In this document: piece by piece, positions 8,392 through 15,905 of the stretch
How the letters are laid out: every line of letters begins with the position of its first letter
How positions within the stretch are numbered: position 1 is the stretch's first letter
Program-made: the position numbers and the translations under genes
The notes under the pieces: model-generated
The model's database searches: none
Told to the model about the DNA's origin: nothing
What the model saw: only the letters and a program-made list of their open reading frames with translations
IMG/VR virus record: IMGVR_UViG_3300035156_000199
Reading direction: 5' to 3' (one strand)
Origin: a virus
DNA length: 43,607 nt

Positions 8392-8687
8392 CACTCCTCC
8401 GATGTGACGCCGAGGTCGAGCTGCTGCTCGGCGCCGGCGCTCTTGTTGCAGTCGAGGTGCGCCGGCTTCCAGTTCGTCCGATCCCAGGTGAGGTGCGGGT
8501 ACAGCTTCCGGGACTTCACATGCTGCACGCTGCAGGACTGCGGGTGCGGGTACTCCAGCGAGTACTCGATGCCCTGCCTGCAGATGAAGCACGGGGCGTT
8601 CGTCCGGCTGCCCTCGGCCTTGACCAGCGCCAGAGCGTCAGCTCGGCGCCGGCCCGACCACTCCGGGATGTGCGCGCCTTCGGTCAC
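8388..8687 (-). CDS. Small HNH endonuclease (99 aa)
   Basis: The GTG start is preceded by GGGAGGTGAG. HNH elements are CFICRQG...SVQHVKSRKLYP...NWKPAHLDCNKSAG. It also ends in LGVTSEEW. Confidence 0.75.
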   Translation of the reverse strand: MTEGAHIPEWSGRRRADALALVKAEGSRTNAPCFICRQGIEYSLEYPHPQSCSVQHVKSRKLYPHLTWDRTNWKPAHLDCNKSAGAEQQLDLGVTSEEW

Positions 8688-8729
8688 ATTGCTCTCACCT
8701 CCCGGCTAGATGAGTGGGCCGGCAATGAC

Positions 8730-8761
8730 GAAGGCCCCGCCGGCGGACCGGCGAGGCCTTC
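8730..8761 (-). terminator. Strong GC hairpin (13 bp with one mismatch, CGGA tetraloop) lacking a U-tract
   Basis: gaaggcc c cgccgg cgga ccggcg a ggccttc. It lies in the 173-bp spacer between the 49-aa Cys-rich gene and the HNH gene. Confidence 0.4.
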
Positions 8762-8860
8762 ATGCTTGGGTGCAGAACACCACCATCCCTCAAAGAGTAG
8801 GGGAGTTTGTCAAGTAGCGCCAGCTGCTCGGGGGAGTCGGCGTGGCGGCCGAGCTACAGA

Positions 8861-9010
8861 TCAAGCGGTCTGAGGCTCGAAGACTAGGCGGCACCAGTCG
8901 CACTCGTCGTGGGTCCACACGTGGTTGCAGTGATGACCGCAGGGCCTTTGCGACTTCGGGCACTCGTTCGGCTGCGTGCCAACCTCGCCGCACGATCCGC
9001 ACTCGTCCAT
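8861..9010 (-). CDS. Small Cys/His-rich (zinc-finger-like) protein, 49 aa
   Basis: ATG 9010 has GAGAGG upstream. It reads MDECGSCGEVGTQPNECPKSQRPCGHHCNHVWTHDECDWCRLVFEPQTA. Confidence 0.45.
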   Translation of the reverse strand: MDECGSCGEVGTQPNECPKSQRPCGHHCNHVWTHDECDWCRLVFEPQTA

Positions 9011-9071
9011 GCTGCATCTGCCTCTCTCGTGGGGAACTGGACTACAGAACAGAAGGTTCGGACGCCGCTGG

Positions 9072-9884
9072 TCACGACGACGCCCCGTACTTCGCGGCGA
9101 GCTTGGCGGCGCGGTTGCTCTGCTTCGTGGCGCGGTGGCCTGATACTTGCAACCACTTCTCGATGGGCATGGAGTGCATTGGGTCCTCGGAGCACTCCAC
9201 GATCTTCGAGCCCGCGACACCGATGACCGCCTCGAGCTGGCCGGGGCACGGAGCCCGACCACCCTCTTCGGTGGTGATCCACTGATGGCAGGTCGACTCG
9301 ATCGGCCGGCGGGCGCTCGGCGGATGGACTGCCTTCTCGACTTTCCGTCCGGCCGACCAGGCCATTCGGTACACGCGCTCGGTGAAGTCCTGGTCAGGGT
9401 GAGTGGCGATGTAGTCGACGTAGTACCGAGCGAGGAGACCGGCGAGTGCCCACGTGCCTTCGTCGGTGCGGAAGGTGACGAGCTTGCCGTCGCGGCCGAG
9501 CACGTGGTCGCGGGAGATGCTGGCGATGATCGCCCACACGACGTTGCGCGCTTCGCCCATGGCTTCGGAGATCGTGAGGTCGATCGGGGCTGCGGAGCCT
9601 TCGGTGCTGGAGCCCGGGCGTTCGCCGTCGGACTTCCGTCGGCTGGTCATGAGTGCGTCCTCGAGGTTGTCCCACCGGTCCTCGATGAGTCGGAGGTCGG
9701 CGCGCAGCTGTGTGGTGCAGTCGGTGCAGAGGTTCGAGCTCATGTCCGCGAGGTTGTGGACGTCTCCGATGATGCAGTACTTCGGGTGGTCGGCGGCTTC
9801 GACGGCGGCCGAGTAGGGAACCGGTTGGCCGTCGATGAGGTAGCGGCGCCGCTTCGTGAGCTGCGGGTGGGTCGGGGGCGTCAT
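9072..9884 (-). CDS. Hypothetical early protein, 270 aa, with a C-terminal Cys cluster
   Basis: ATG 9884 overlaps the VRR-NUC stop (ATGA). It reads MTPPTHPQLTKRRRYLIDGQ... and G+C at third codon positions is high. I recognised no family. Confidence 0.6.
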   Translation of the reverse strand: MTPPTHPQLTKRRRYLIDGQPVPYSAAVEAADHPKYCIIGDVHNLADMSSNLCTDCTTQLRADLRLIEDRWDNLEDALMTSRRKSDGERPGSSTEGSAAPIDLTISEAMGEARNVVWAIIASISRDHVLGRDGKLVTFRTDEGTWALAGLLARYYVDYIATHPDQDFTERVYRMAWSAGRKVEKAVHPPSARRPIESTCHQWITTEEGGRAPCPGQLEAVIGVAGSKIVECSEDPMHSMPIEKWLQVSGHRATKQSNRAAKLAAKYGASS

Positions 9885-10219
9885 GCTGCTGCTCCTCGGA
9901 GTTCGCGCTGGATGGATTCGTTGGCCCAGTCGGCCGGCCACTTCACGGCGGCGTTGATGCCGACCGAGCGGAGGCCGGCGACCCAGGCGAGCTGAGAGGT
10001 GGAGGGCTTGCCCCTGCGGGACTTCAGTTCCCAGATGATGAGCTTCCTTCGGACGGGGTGCAGCAGGACGAGGTCCGGCCACCCTGAGGGTGAGCGCTGG
10101 CTGTTGTGGGTGTGGTAGTGCATCCAGCCGAGCCGGGTGGCGAGGCTGATGATCTCGGTCTGGAACTCCTGCTCGGTCCAGGCGTTGCAGAGGTTCAGCC
10201 GGTAGTCGACGGCCTTCAT
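9881..10219 (-). CDS. VRR-NUC domain nuclease
   Basis: 112 aa. GWPDLVLLHPVRRKLIIWELKSRRGKPSTSQLAWVAGLRSVG is the PD-(D/E)xK VRR-NUC signature. The start is ATGA-coupled. Confidence 0.8.
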   Translation of the reverse strand: MKAVDYRLNLCNAWTEQEFQTEIISLATRLGWMHYHTHNSQRSPSGWPDLVLLHPVRRKLIIWELKSRRGKPSTSQLAWVAGLRSVGINAAVKWPADWANESIQRELRGAAA

Positions 10220-11319
10220 GAGCTGGGGTCCTTGGTAGGCCGGGCTCTGGGTCGTCGTCTTCGGTTGCGTCCTGGTCGTTGTGATCTCGGGTCAGGATTA
10301 CGGGTCTGGTTGACCCGAGGAAGATCCGGAGGTGTCAGCTGAGAGCGGGGCGGGGTAGGTGCTGGGCTCCCGCCCCTGCCCTTACCGTCCCGACCCGTCC
10401 CGACCCGTCCCGTCCCGGTACCGCTGTCTTCTGTAGTTGGGTGTCCTGCTGTTTCTGCTGAGCTCTGCAGATGGGCCGTGGGAGGCTCGTCGACCGCGCC
10501 GGGGGTGCCGTTGCGCGGGAGTGCCTGCTGGTCCGCGCCGGGGATGCCGTCGCGCGGTCGGGGCTGTTCCGTCTGGCCGGGGGTGCCGTTGCCTGATGGG
10601 TCGCCTGGCTTGATCTGCTTGCGGGGTGCCGCCGGTATCTTGATGCCGTTGCGGGCCGCCCAGTCGTTGTTTTGCAGCCACGTGATGGTGTAGCTCGAGT
10701 AGTAGGGCTCGATAGGTGGGGGGAGCAGTGGAAGCCGCTCGTCGGCGTCCGGCTTGTTGCCGCGCGCGGTGTTGCATCCCTTGCAGGACACGACGTACGT
10801 CTCGAACGTCGCGGCCTGGCCGGGCTCCCGGTGATCGTACGTACCGACGTGTCGACCGGTCCGGGCGCCCGGAGCGAACTTGACCACCATCCCGCAGTAC
10901 CTGCAGGCGTCGCCGTCGCGAAGCCTGACAGGCACGACCAGGGCGGGGTCTGAGTTGTCGCTTTTCCGTTGGCGCTCGAACTCGATCTCCTCGCGAGTCC
11001 GCATGTGGATGAACTCCGGGTCATCGATGAGCTTGTACACCCGCCGAGGCTGCCCGTTCTCCTCGAGCTCCTGCTCCGTCCAGTAGCCGGCGAACGTGGC
11101 CACGGCCACCAGCTCCTTCACGCGGCTGATTCCCGCCATCTGAATCGCGGTGCCATGAGACACCACGTAATCCGTCAGGTGAGCGGTCGAGAGCAGCGCG
11201 CAACGGACCACGAACCCGAAGACCTCGTTCAGCAGCCGGTCGTCGGCGAGGTCGTGCTCGAGTACTCCGAGCACGACGGGGTGATTGGGGGAGGTGTCTC
11301 CCTGTCGAAGCCAAGCCAT
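10216..11319 (-). CDS. HNH-domain protein with a conserved prophage-type N-terminal domain and a low-complexity repeat tail (367 aa); possible replication/DNA-binding role
   Basis: It starts MAWLRQGDTSPNHPVVLGVL... The HNH module is LRDGDACRYCG...TYDHREP...CKGCNTARGNK. The C-terminus carries 13-aa repeats and a basic tail. The last ~45 codons have poor third-position G+C. Confidence 0.6.
   Translation of the reverse strand: MAWLRQGDTSPNHPVVLGVLEHDLADDRLLNEVFGFVVRCALLSTAHLTDYVVSHGTAIQMAGISRVKELVAVATFAGYWTEQELEENGQPRRVYKLIDDPEFIHMRTREEIEFERQRKSDNSDPALVVPVRLRDGDACRYCGMVVKFAPGARTGRHVGTYDHREPGQAATFETYVVSCKGCNTARGNKPDADERLPLLPPPIEPYYSSYTITWLQNNDWAARNGIKIPAAPRKQIKPGDPSGNGTPGQTEQPRPRDGIPGADQQALPRNGTPGAVDEPPTAHLQSSAETAGHPTTEDSGTGTGRVGTGRDGKGRGGSPAPTPPRSQLTPPDLPRVNQTRNPDPRSQRPGRNRRRRPRARPTKDPSS
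10389..10416 (-). repeat. Six phased G3 tracts with 2-nt spacers (GGGAC/GGGTC)x6 on the coding strand; G-quadruplex motif
   Basis: The plus strand reads ccc ga ccc gt ccc ga ccc gt ccc gt ccc. It encodes GTGRVGTGRDG. Confidence 0.8.
10495..10592 (-). repeat. Three imperfect direct repeats phased at exactly 39 bp (13 codons)
   Basis: cgcgccgggggtgccgttgcgcgg (10495) and cgcgccggggatgccgtcgcgcgg (10534) match at 22/24 positions. A third, shorter copy ggccgggggtgccgttgc starts at 10575. They encode NGTPG/DGIPG/NGTPG units. Confidence 0.8.
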
Positions 11320-11324
11320 GAGGG

Positions 11325-11585
11325 CTAGCAGACCCGCTTCCGGTCGAGGATGGCCTGCACGAGCTGCTGGCCATCCGTGTCTGCGAGCGCGAGGTTGAGC
11401 GTGTCCAGGTGAAGTCGGCAGGTCGCGCACTCGGCCCGGACGTCCGGCAACGGGAGACCCGCGACAGCGGCATTCAGATCGGCGTCGTTCGCGTCACCGA
11501 TCGAGTCCCCGCAACCGTTGCAGCACCGCTGGACGGTGATCAGACGGCGAGCGCCGTCTGTCTGGACGGGAGTTGATAACCTCAT
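11325..11585 (-). CDS. Hypothetical early protein, 86 aa, Cys-containing
   Basis: The start is ATGA-coupled. It reads MRLSTPVQTDGARRLITVQRCCNGCGDSIGD...ECATCRLHL. Confidence 0.55.
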   Translation of the reverse strand: MRLSTPVQTDGARRLITVQRCCNGCGDSIGDANDADLNAAVAGLPLPDVRAECATCRLHLDTLNLALADTDGQQLVQAILDRKRVC

Positions 11586-12058
11586 TGGTCACCTCGGCCA
11601 AGCTGCATGAGAGGCGGCAGAGTGCCGGTGCGGTACGCCTCGTCGACGGCGGGCTGCACCTCGGCGTAGACGCTGCGGCCGTTCGGCAGGACCATGTGCG
11701 CGAGGAACTCCTCGTCGAACGTCACGATGCCGGCGGCGACGGCTTCGAGCTTCGCCTTCACGACGAGGGCGAGCGCCCTCCAGCGCTGCCGGACGGCCTT
11801 CTCGTACTCGGTCGCGACGCCGCTCTCACTGCGACGCTGACCGCGGCCTGGCGTGTGCGTGAACTCCCGATCGCCGCGATCGGGCATGGGCAGCACGAAC
11901 CGGACCTGGCGGCCGTTGGCTGTGAAGCCGATCGCGGCGCGGCCGTCGTCCCAGCCGTACGCGAACGATGTCGCGCCGTACCGGGCCAGCGTCCGCTCGA
12001 TCTCGGCGCGCGAAGCCACGCTGTCTACCGTCGTACCCTCGGCGTAACGGGCGGTCAT
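11582..12058 (-). CDS. Conserved hypothetical phage protein, 158 aa
   Basis: ATGA-coupled at both ends. It reads MTARYAEGTTVDSVASRAEIERTLARYGATSFAYGWDDG...RQRWRALALVVKAKLEAV... and third-position G+C is high. Confidence 0.65.
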   Translation of the reverse strand: MTARYAEGTTVDSVASRAEIERTLARYGATSFAYGWDDGRAAIGFTANGRQVRFVLPMPDRGDREFTHTPGRGQRRSESGVATEYEKAVRQRWRALALVVKAKLEAVAAGIVTFDEEFLAHMVLPNGRSVYAEVQPAVDEAYRTGTLPPLMQLGRGDQ

Positions 12059-12291
12059 CCTTCACCCCTCGCGTCTGCCGCCTCAGCCATCACGCGCAAG
12101 GTGCTCAAATCGTTTCGATTGATCATCTGCGAGTAGAGCTGGCCTTGTTCAGCCAGTCCTTCGACGCCCTTGACTGCGTAGAAGCCGTAGTTTCTCGGGT
12201 ACTCGACGACGACTGAGATAGGGACAATCACTCCTTCGGAGGTCGTCAGCTTCATCTCGACTTCGATCGTTTCCTTCTCTGGTCCGGCCAT
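12055..12291 (-). CDS. Hypothetical early protein, ~78 aa
   Basis: ATG 12291 has GGAG 7 nt upstream; ATG 12297 is an alternative. It reads MAGPEKETIEVEMKLTTSEGVIVPISVVVEYPRNYGFYAVKG... Confidence 0.55.
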   Translation of the reverse strand: MAGPEKETIEVEMKLTTSEGVIVPISVVVEYPRNYGFYAVKGVEGLAEQGQLYSQMINRNDLSTLRVMAEAADARGEG

Positions 12292-12355
12292 GGTCATGCT
12301 CCGTTGCTGCCGATGTCGGCGTAGTCGGTGTCTTCGAGCCCCTCGAGCTGGGCGG

Positions 12356-12799
12356 TCACGCCGTCCTCCCCGGCGCCCGGACGCGCAGGAAGGCCGCCCA
12401 CCCGGCGCAGAGCACGCCAGGAGCACCGTCAGCCTGCCAACAGCGGTCCCCGGCTATCTCAGGCTGGTAGTCGCCCTCCCACGTCGCAGGCACCGGCTCA
12501 GGCAGATCAGGGTGCTCGTACGCGATCGCGCGCGGCATGCCGTCGTGACAGTAGAAGCGCGCGCCGGCTGGGACATATGGCATGCCGTCTTCGGGGCTGC
12601 CCGGGCGGTACGCGCAGTCGCCACACATCAGGTCCCTGATTGGCGACGGGCCCTCGTCCCGGAGACCGGTGCGCGCCGGATGCAGGACGGGCTCCCAGCA
12701 GGTGCAGTTATCGCCCGTACTGTAAGCCGCCGCCTCGCAGCACGGCACGACGACGTCAGGCGCCGGCAGGACAGGGCCCAGGCGGTCCAGCGCGGTCAT
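12356..12799 (-). CDS. Hypothetical Cys-rich early protein, 147 aa
   Basis: The start is ATGA-coupled. It has many Cys residues (CCEAAAYSTGDNCTCW...CGDCAY...YCHDG...). Confidence 0.6.
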   Translation of the reverse strand: MTALDRLGPVLPAPDVVVPCCEAAAYSTGDNCTCWEPVLHPARTGLRDEGPSPIRDLMCGDCAYRPGSPEDGMPYVPAGARFYCHDGMPRAIAYEHPDLPEPVPATWEGDYQPEIAGDRCWQADGAPGVLCAGWAAFLRVRAPGRTA

Positions 12800-13200
12800 A
12801 CCCGCGTCACCCTGCTCAGGTCAAAGAGGTGACGGTCGGGGTGATTGCGTTCCCTCGTGCATTGCGCGACATCTTGAGGAAGCCCCGTGATCGCGCTGTA
12901 AGGCGGCGTGAGGAGCATGCAGCGCTCGGTCGTGCCGTCGCTCATCATCGAGTCCAAGATCGTTACCGACGGCTGCCGCATGACAGGCTCGTCTGGCAGC
13001 GCGCGCCAGTCGACGTCGACGGCGTGATCCCACTCCGCAGACCAGGTCCAGTACCGCTCGTCGCCGTTCTGACCCGCATGCGAGCTCACATGCGCGTCGG
13101 CGGGGACGAGCGCCGCGAGCGCCGACTGGGTTTCCGCGGTGCAGTAGCCGGTTCCGCGGGCTTCGATCTTGTGGATGATTTCGACGTCGTCGAGGCTCAC
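12796..13200 (-). CDS. Hypothetical early protein, 134 aa
   Basis: GTG 13200 overlaps the upstream stop (GTGA). It reads VSLDDVEIIHKIEARGTGYCTAETQ... Confidence 0.55.
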   Translation of the reverse strand: MSLDDVEIIHKIEARGTGYCTAETQSALAALVPADAHVSSHAGQNGDERYWTWSAEWDHAVDVDWRALPDEPVMRQPSVTILDSMMSDGTTERCMLLTPPYSAITGLPQDVAQCTRERNHPDRHLFDLSRVTRV

Positions 13201-13619
13201 TGCTGCTCCCCGCGTTCCTCCGCCAGGCGGTGGATCTCGTCCCACTCCTCGCGAGTGAGGACGTGCTCGTCGCGGCCGGTGTCGTTCTTCAGCCGCAGCA
13301 GACCGTTGGGCGCCATGTCGTGATGCAGGTAGCGAGGTGTTGGCTCTTCGGCGCCGCCGCAGCGCAGCTCGCCAGGTACGAGGGCGAAGTCGTCCTGCAT
13401 CTGCTCCCTGCTCCCACGGAGAGCCTTGGCGGCCGCGACGAAGCTATCGGCGAGCGCGAGGAACGGAGCGAAGACAGCCGCGCCGATTGCCGCCAACGCG
13501 TCGAGGACAGAGGCTGGGTCGGTCGGGTTGACGCGGCGGGCTTCAGCCTCCGCGCGGAGCTTGGCGCGGTAGTCCTTCATCGCGCCGGGGTACTGTCGGC
13601 CGCTGAATCGAGGTGACAT
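13197..13619 (-). CDS. Hypothetical early protein, 140 aa
   Basis: ATG 13619 has AGGAAGG 6 nt upstream. It has a hydrophobic central segment (ALAAIGAAVFAPFLALADSFVAAA). Confidence 0.6.
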   Translation of the reverse strand: MSPRFSGRQYPGAMKDYRAKLRAEAEARRVNPTDPASVLDALAAIGAAVFAPFLALADSFVAAAKALRGSREQMQDDFALVPGELRCGGAEEPTPRYLHHDMAPNGLLRLKNDTGRDEHVLTREEWDEIHRLAEERGEQQ

Positions 13620-13620
13620 G

Positions 13621-14220
13621 TCAGGCCTTCCTGATGGTGCTGAGTGGGACGCGGATCCGGAACCGGCGGCGCTTCGTCGGGATCTCGAGGCCGGCGGGCA
13701 GCCGCTTCGGCCGCAGGGTCCAGACCTGCTGCCGGGTGCGGAGCGGCCAGGTGTCGACCTCGACGTAGTGGCCGCGGATGCGGATGACGGCGCCCGCCGG
13801 GACGAACCACCTGCAGCCGTTCGCGCGCAGCCACTCCATGACCTGGCGCTCAGCGTGGAAGCTCAGCCTCCGGCCGTCGATGACCGGGCCGCGCACAACG
13901 CTCGTCCGGTGCTCGGTAACCAGCAGAGGGCTCAGGCTGGACGGGTGGAGCCGGCGGCCGTCGTTCAACTCACTGAGCACGAAAAGGGCGCCCTCAGCCA
14001 CGTCGGCGTCCTCGAACGGCTCGCCCCGCTCCGGTCGCGGCGACGTCGCGGTGAGCGCGCCGCGGACGCCCTGCTCAAGGTCGAGCACCTGGTACTCGTC
14101 GGTCGCGTCGTAGACGACGAGCACGTAGCGGCCATCGAGGGCATCATCGATGACATCCCAGCGGCCCGGGGCGAGCGCGAACCGGACCTGGTCGTGAGGC
14201 CGCAGCGTCGGGGTCAGCAT
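13621..14220 (-). CDS. Hypothetical early protein, 199 aa
   Basis: ATG 14220 shares one nt with the upstream stop (TGATG). It reads MLTPTLRPHDQVRFALAPGRWDVIDD... Confidence 0.6.
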   Translation of the reverse strand: MLTPTLRPHDQVRFALAPGRWDVIDDALDGRYVLVVYDATDEYQVLDLEQGVRGALTATSPRPERGEPFEDADVAEGALFVLSELNDGRRLHPSSLSPLLVTEHRTSVVRGPVIDGRRLSFHAERQVMEWLRANGCRWFVPAGAVIRIRGHYVEVDTWPLRTRQQVWTLRPKRLPAGLEIPTKRRRFRIRVPLSTIRKA

Positions 14221-15275
14221 CAGAACCCGCGCTCTGCTGCGTCGTCGCTCAGCTCGCTGGTGTCGATGAGCTCGAACGGTGCCAGCTCGTCCGCGACAAC
14301 CATCAGACTCGTCACGAGGTCGGGGTGCAGGCCTCTCTCGGCGAGCGCCCGTGCGGCCCCGCGAAGGTTCCACCCGACGGCCTCATCGGCGGTGAGCTCG
14401 ACGAACGGCACGAGCGGGATGACGTCGCCCTCGAGCTCGTCCTCGCGCACTGCCCGCACCAGGCCGCCCCAGTCGATCGACTCGACGGCGCCCTCGGCCG
14501 CGGAGCCGAGTGATTGCAGGATCTCGGCGAACTTCGCGAGGAACGGCTGCAGCGCCTTTGTCAGGTCCTTGTGCTCGACGTCGGTGAGCTCCTCGTCGCG
14601 GGTCTTCAGCTTTTCCAGCGCGCGGCGCAGCGGTTCGACGTCGGAGTAGTCAGCGGACCCTGTGAGCGGTGACAAGCCCGCCGGCATGAGGACCGCGTCG
14701 TCCTGGCTACGGGCGAGCACCCGGGCAAGCACTCGGGCGACGTCGTGCTGGTTACCTGACGTGCCCTGGACCCGCGCGTACTGGTCGATCTCGTCGTCGT
14801 CGACGTTCCCGTTGCGCTCGTAGATCACGGCCAGCTCGCAGATGATCAGCTCGTAGCCCCACCCCTCGACCTCGAAGCGTTCGCCGGCGGCCGCGCGGAA
14901 CCGAGCCAGGCGTGCGCGCGCCCACTCAGGGAGGGCCGCCTCGCGCTTCTCCCAGTCCACGCGGTTCGTGGCAAGCCGGTCCCGCTTCTCCTGATCCCAC
15001 TTCGCCTGCGTCTCGGCGGCGAGCTGCTCGAAGTGCTGATCCGACCGGCGGAAGATCCACTCCTCGGAACCCTCGGGCCTGATGCCGCCCACGTAGTTCG
15101 GGCCGAAGTTCTCGAAGACGACCGCCGCGCCCTCGACGTAGTGGTCGGAGTCGACAGGGGACAGGAAGGACCAGCCGCTGCTCAGCTTCAGGGTCACGTG
15201 TCCGCTGTCCGAGCGGTCTACGCGGTCGATGGTCAGATGCTGAGGACGGCGGTCGGTGAAGGTATCGGTGCTCAT
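14220..15275 (-). CDS. Hypothetical acidic early protein, 351 aa
   Basis: The ATG start overlaps the stop of the 34-aa gene (ATGA). The protein is strongly acidic, third-position G+C is high, and I recognised no family. Confidence 0.65.
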   Translation of the reverse strand: MSTDTFTDRRPQHLTIDRVDRSDSGHVTLKLSSGWSFLSPVDSDHYVEGAAVVFENFGPNYVGGIRPEGSEEWIFRRSDQHFEQLAAETQAKWDQEKRDRLATNRVDWEKREAALPEWARARLARFRAAAGERFEVEGWGYELIICELAVIYERNGNVDDDEIDQYARVQGTSGNQHDVARVLARVLARSQDDAVLMPAGLSPLTGSADYSDVEPLRRALEKLKTRDEELTDVEHKDLTKALQPFLAKFAEILQSLGSAAEGAVESIDWGGLVRAVREDELEGDVIPLVPFVELTADEAVGWNLRGAARALAERGLHPDLVTSLMVVADELAPFELIDTSELSDDAAERGF

Positions 15276-15376
15276 GGCTTGTGCTCTCTCTCGATGTGGT
15301 CGGCGACCAGAGAGGTCACCGGGTGAACGTACGGGCAGTAGAGGCAGCGGTTAGGGTCGACGCGGTCGTCTCGCAC
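15272..15376 (-). CDS. 34-aa mini-protein with classical C2H2 zinc-finger spacing
   Basis: GTG 15376 lies 6 nt after a perfect AGGAGG. It reads VRDDRVDPNRCLYCPYVHPVTSLVADHIEREHKP, which gives C-x2-C-x12-H-x4-H. Third-position G+C is very high. Confidence 0.5.
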   Translation of the reverse strand: MRDDRVDPNRCLYCPYVHPVTSLVADHIEREHKP

Positions 15377-15746
15377 GAGTCGCCTCCTGCTGGGTCGGGC
15401 CGGTGTTCCGGTGCCGGCGGAGGTGCAGGGCCCGCTCGCGAGGGTCCTCGGGTATCGCCGGCTGGATCGCAGCGAATCTGCGTACGAGGCCTGCGTCGAG
15501 GACCCGGTCCGATGACGAACTTCATGGCAGGTCGAGCGACGGTGATGAGGACCGCCCGCTCGTACCAGGCCCGGCGGGTGAACAGGATGCCGTCGCGCGC
15601 GGCCGAGCGCCTGCAGTAGCCGGGAAAGCCATTGGAGGCGTTCGCGGTTCATTCGTCGTTGCGAAGTGTTCGGTGAGGCTATCCATGGTGGCTCACCGCC
15701 CGCCACATGAGGATCAGGACAATCAGTCGTAACCGCTCGTACCGGG

Positions 15747-15905
15747 TCACTGGCCCTCACCTCGGAAGCGGGCGCGCGCTGCCGCCCGGGCACGGCCCGC
15801 CGAGCGGTCCTCGATTGCCTGCAGGACTCGCACCACGCCGAGCATGAGGACGATCCAGATGGTCCCGCCGATCGCGGCGCCGGCGTACAGCTCGACCGCG
15901 TTCAC
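15747..15905 (-). CDS. Small single-TM membrane protein, 52 aa
   Basis: The GTG start overlaps the upstream stop (GTGA). It reads VNAVELYAGAAIGGTIWIVLMLGVVRVLQAIEDRSAGRARAAARARFRGEGQ. Confidence 0.5.
   Translation of the reverse strand: MNAVELYAGAAIGGTIWIVLMLGVVRVLQAIEDRSAGRARAAARARFRGEGQ

Noticed and set aside
8808-8813. A perfect TTGACA -35 hexamer (minus strand) in the 8688-8860 spacer as a late promoter
   Set aside because: No acceptable -10 (TAnnnT) lies at 16-19 nt spacing; AGGGAT is the best available. It is left unannotated.
10495-10592. A CRISPR-like or mini-array repeat
   Set aside because: There are only three imperfect units. They are in frame (13 codons) inside an ORF, have no spacer-like unique segments of regular size, and no cas genes are present.
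14220-15275. The acidic 351-aa protein as an anti-restriction DNA mimic (ArdA/Ocr-like)
   Set aside because: It has only an overall negative charge. I recognised no ArdA or Ocr motif, and its size is atypical, so the idea rests on composition alone.
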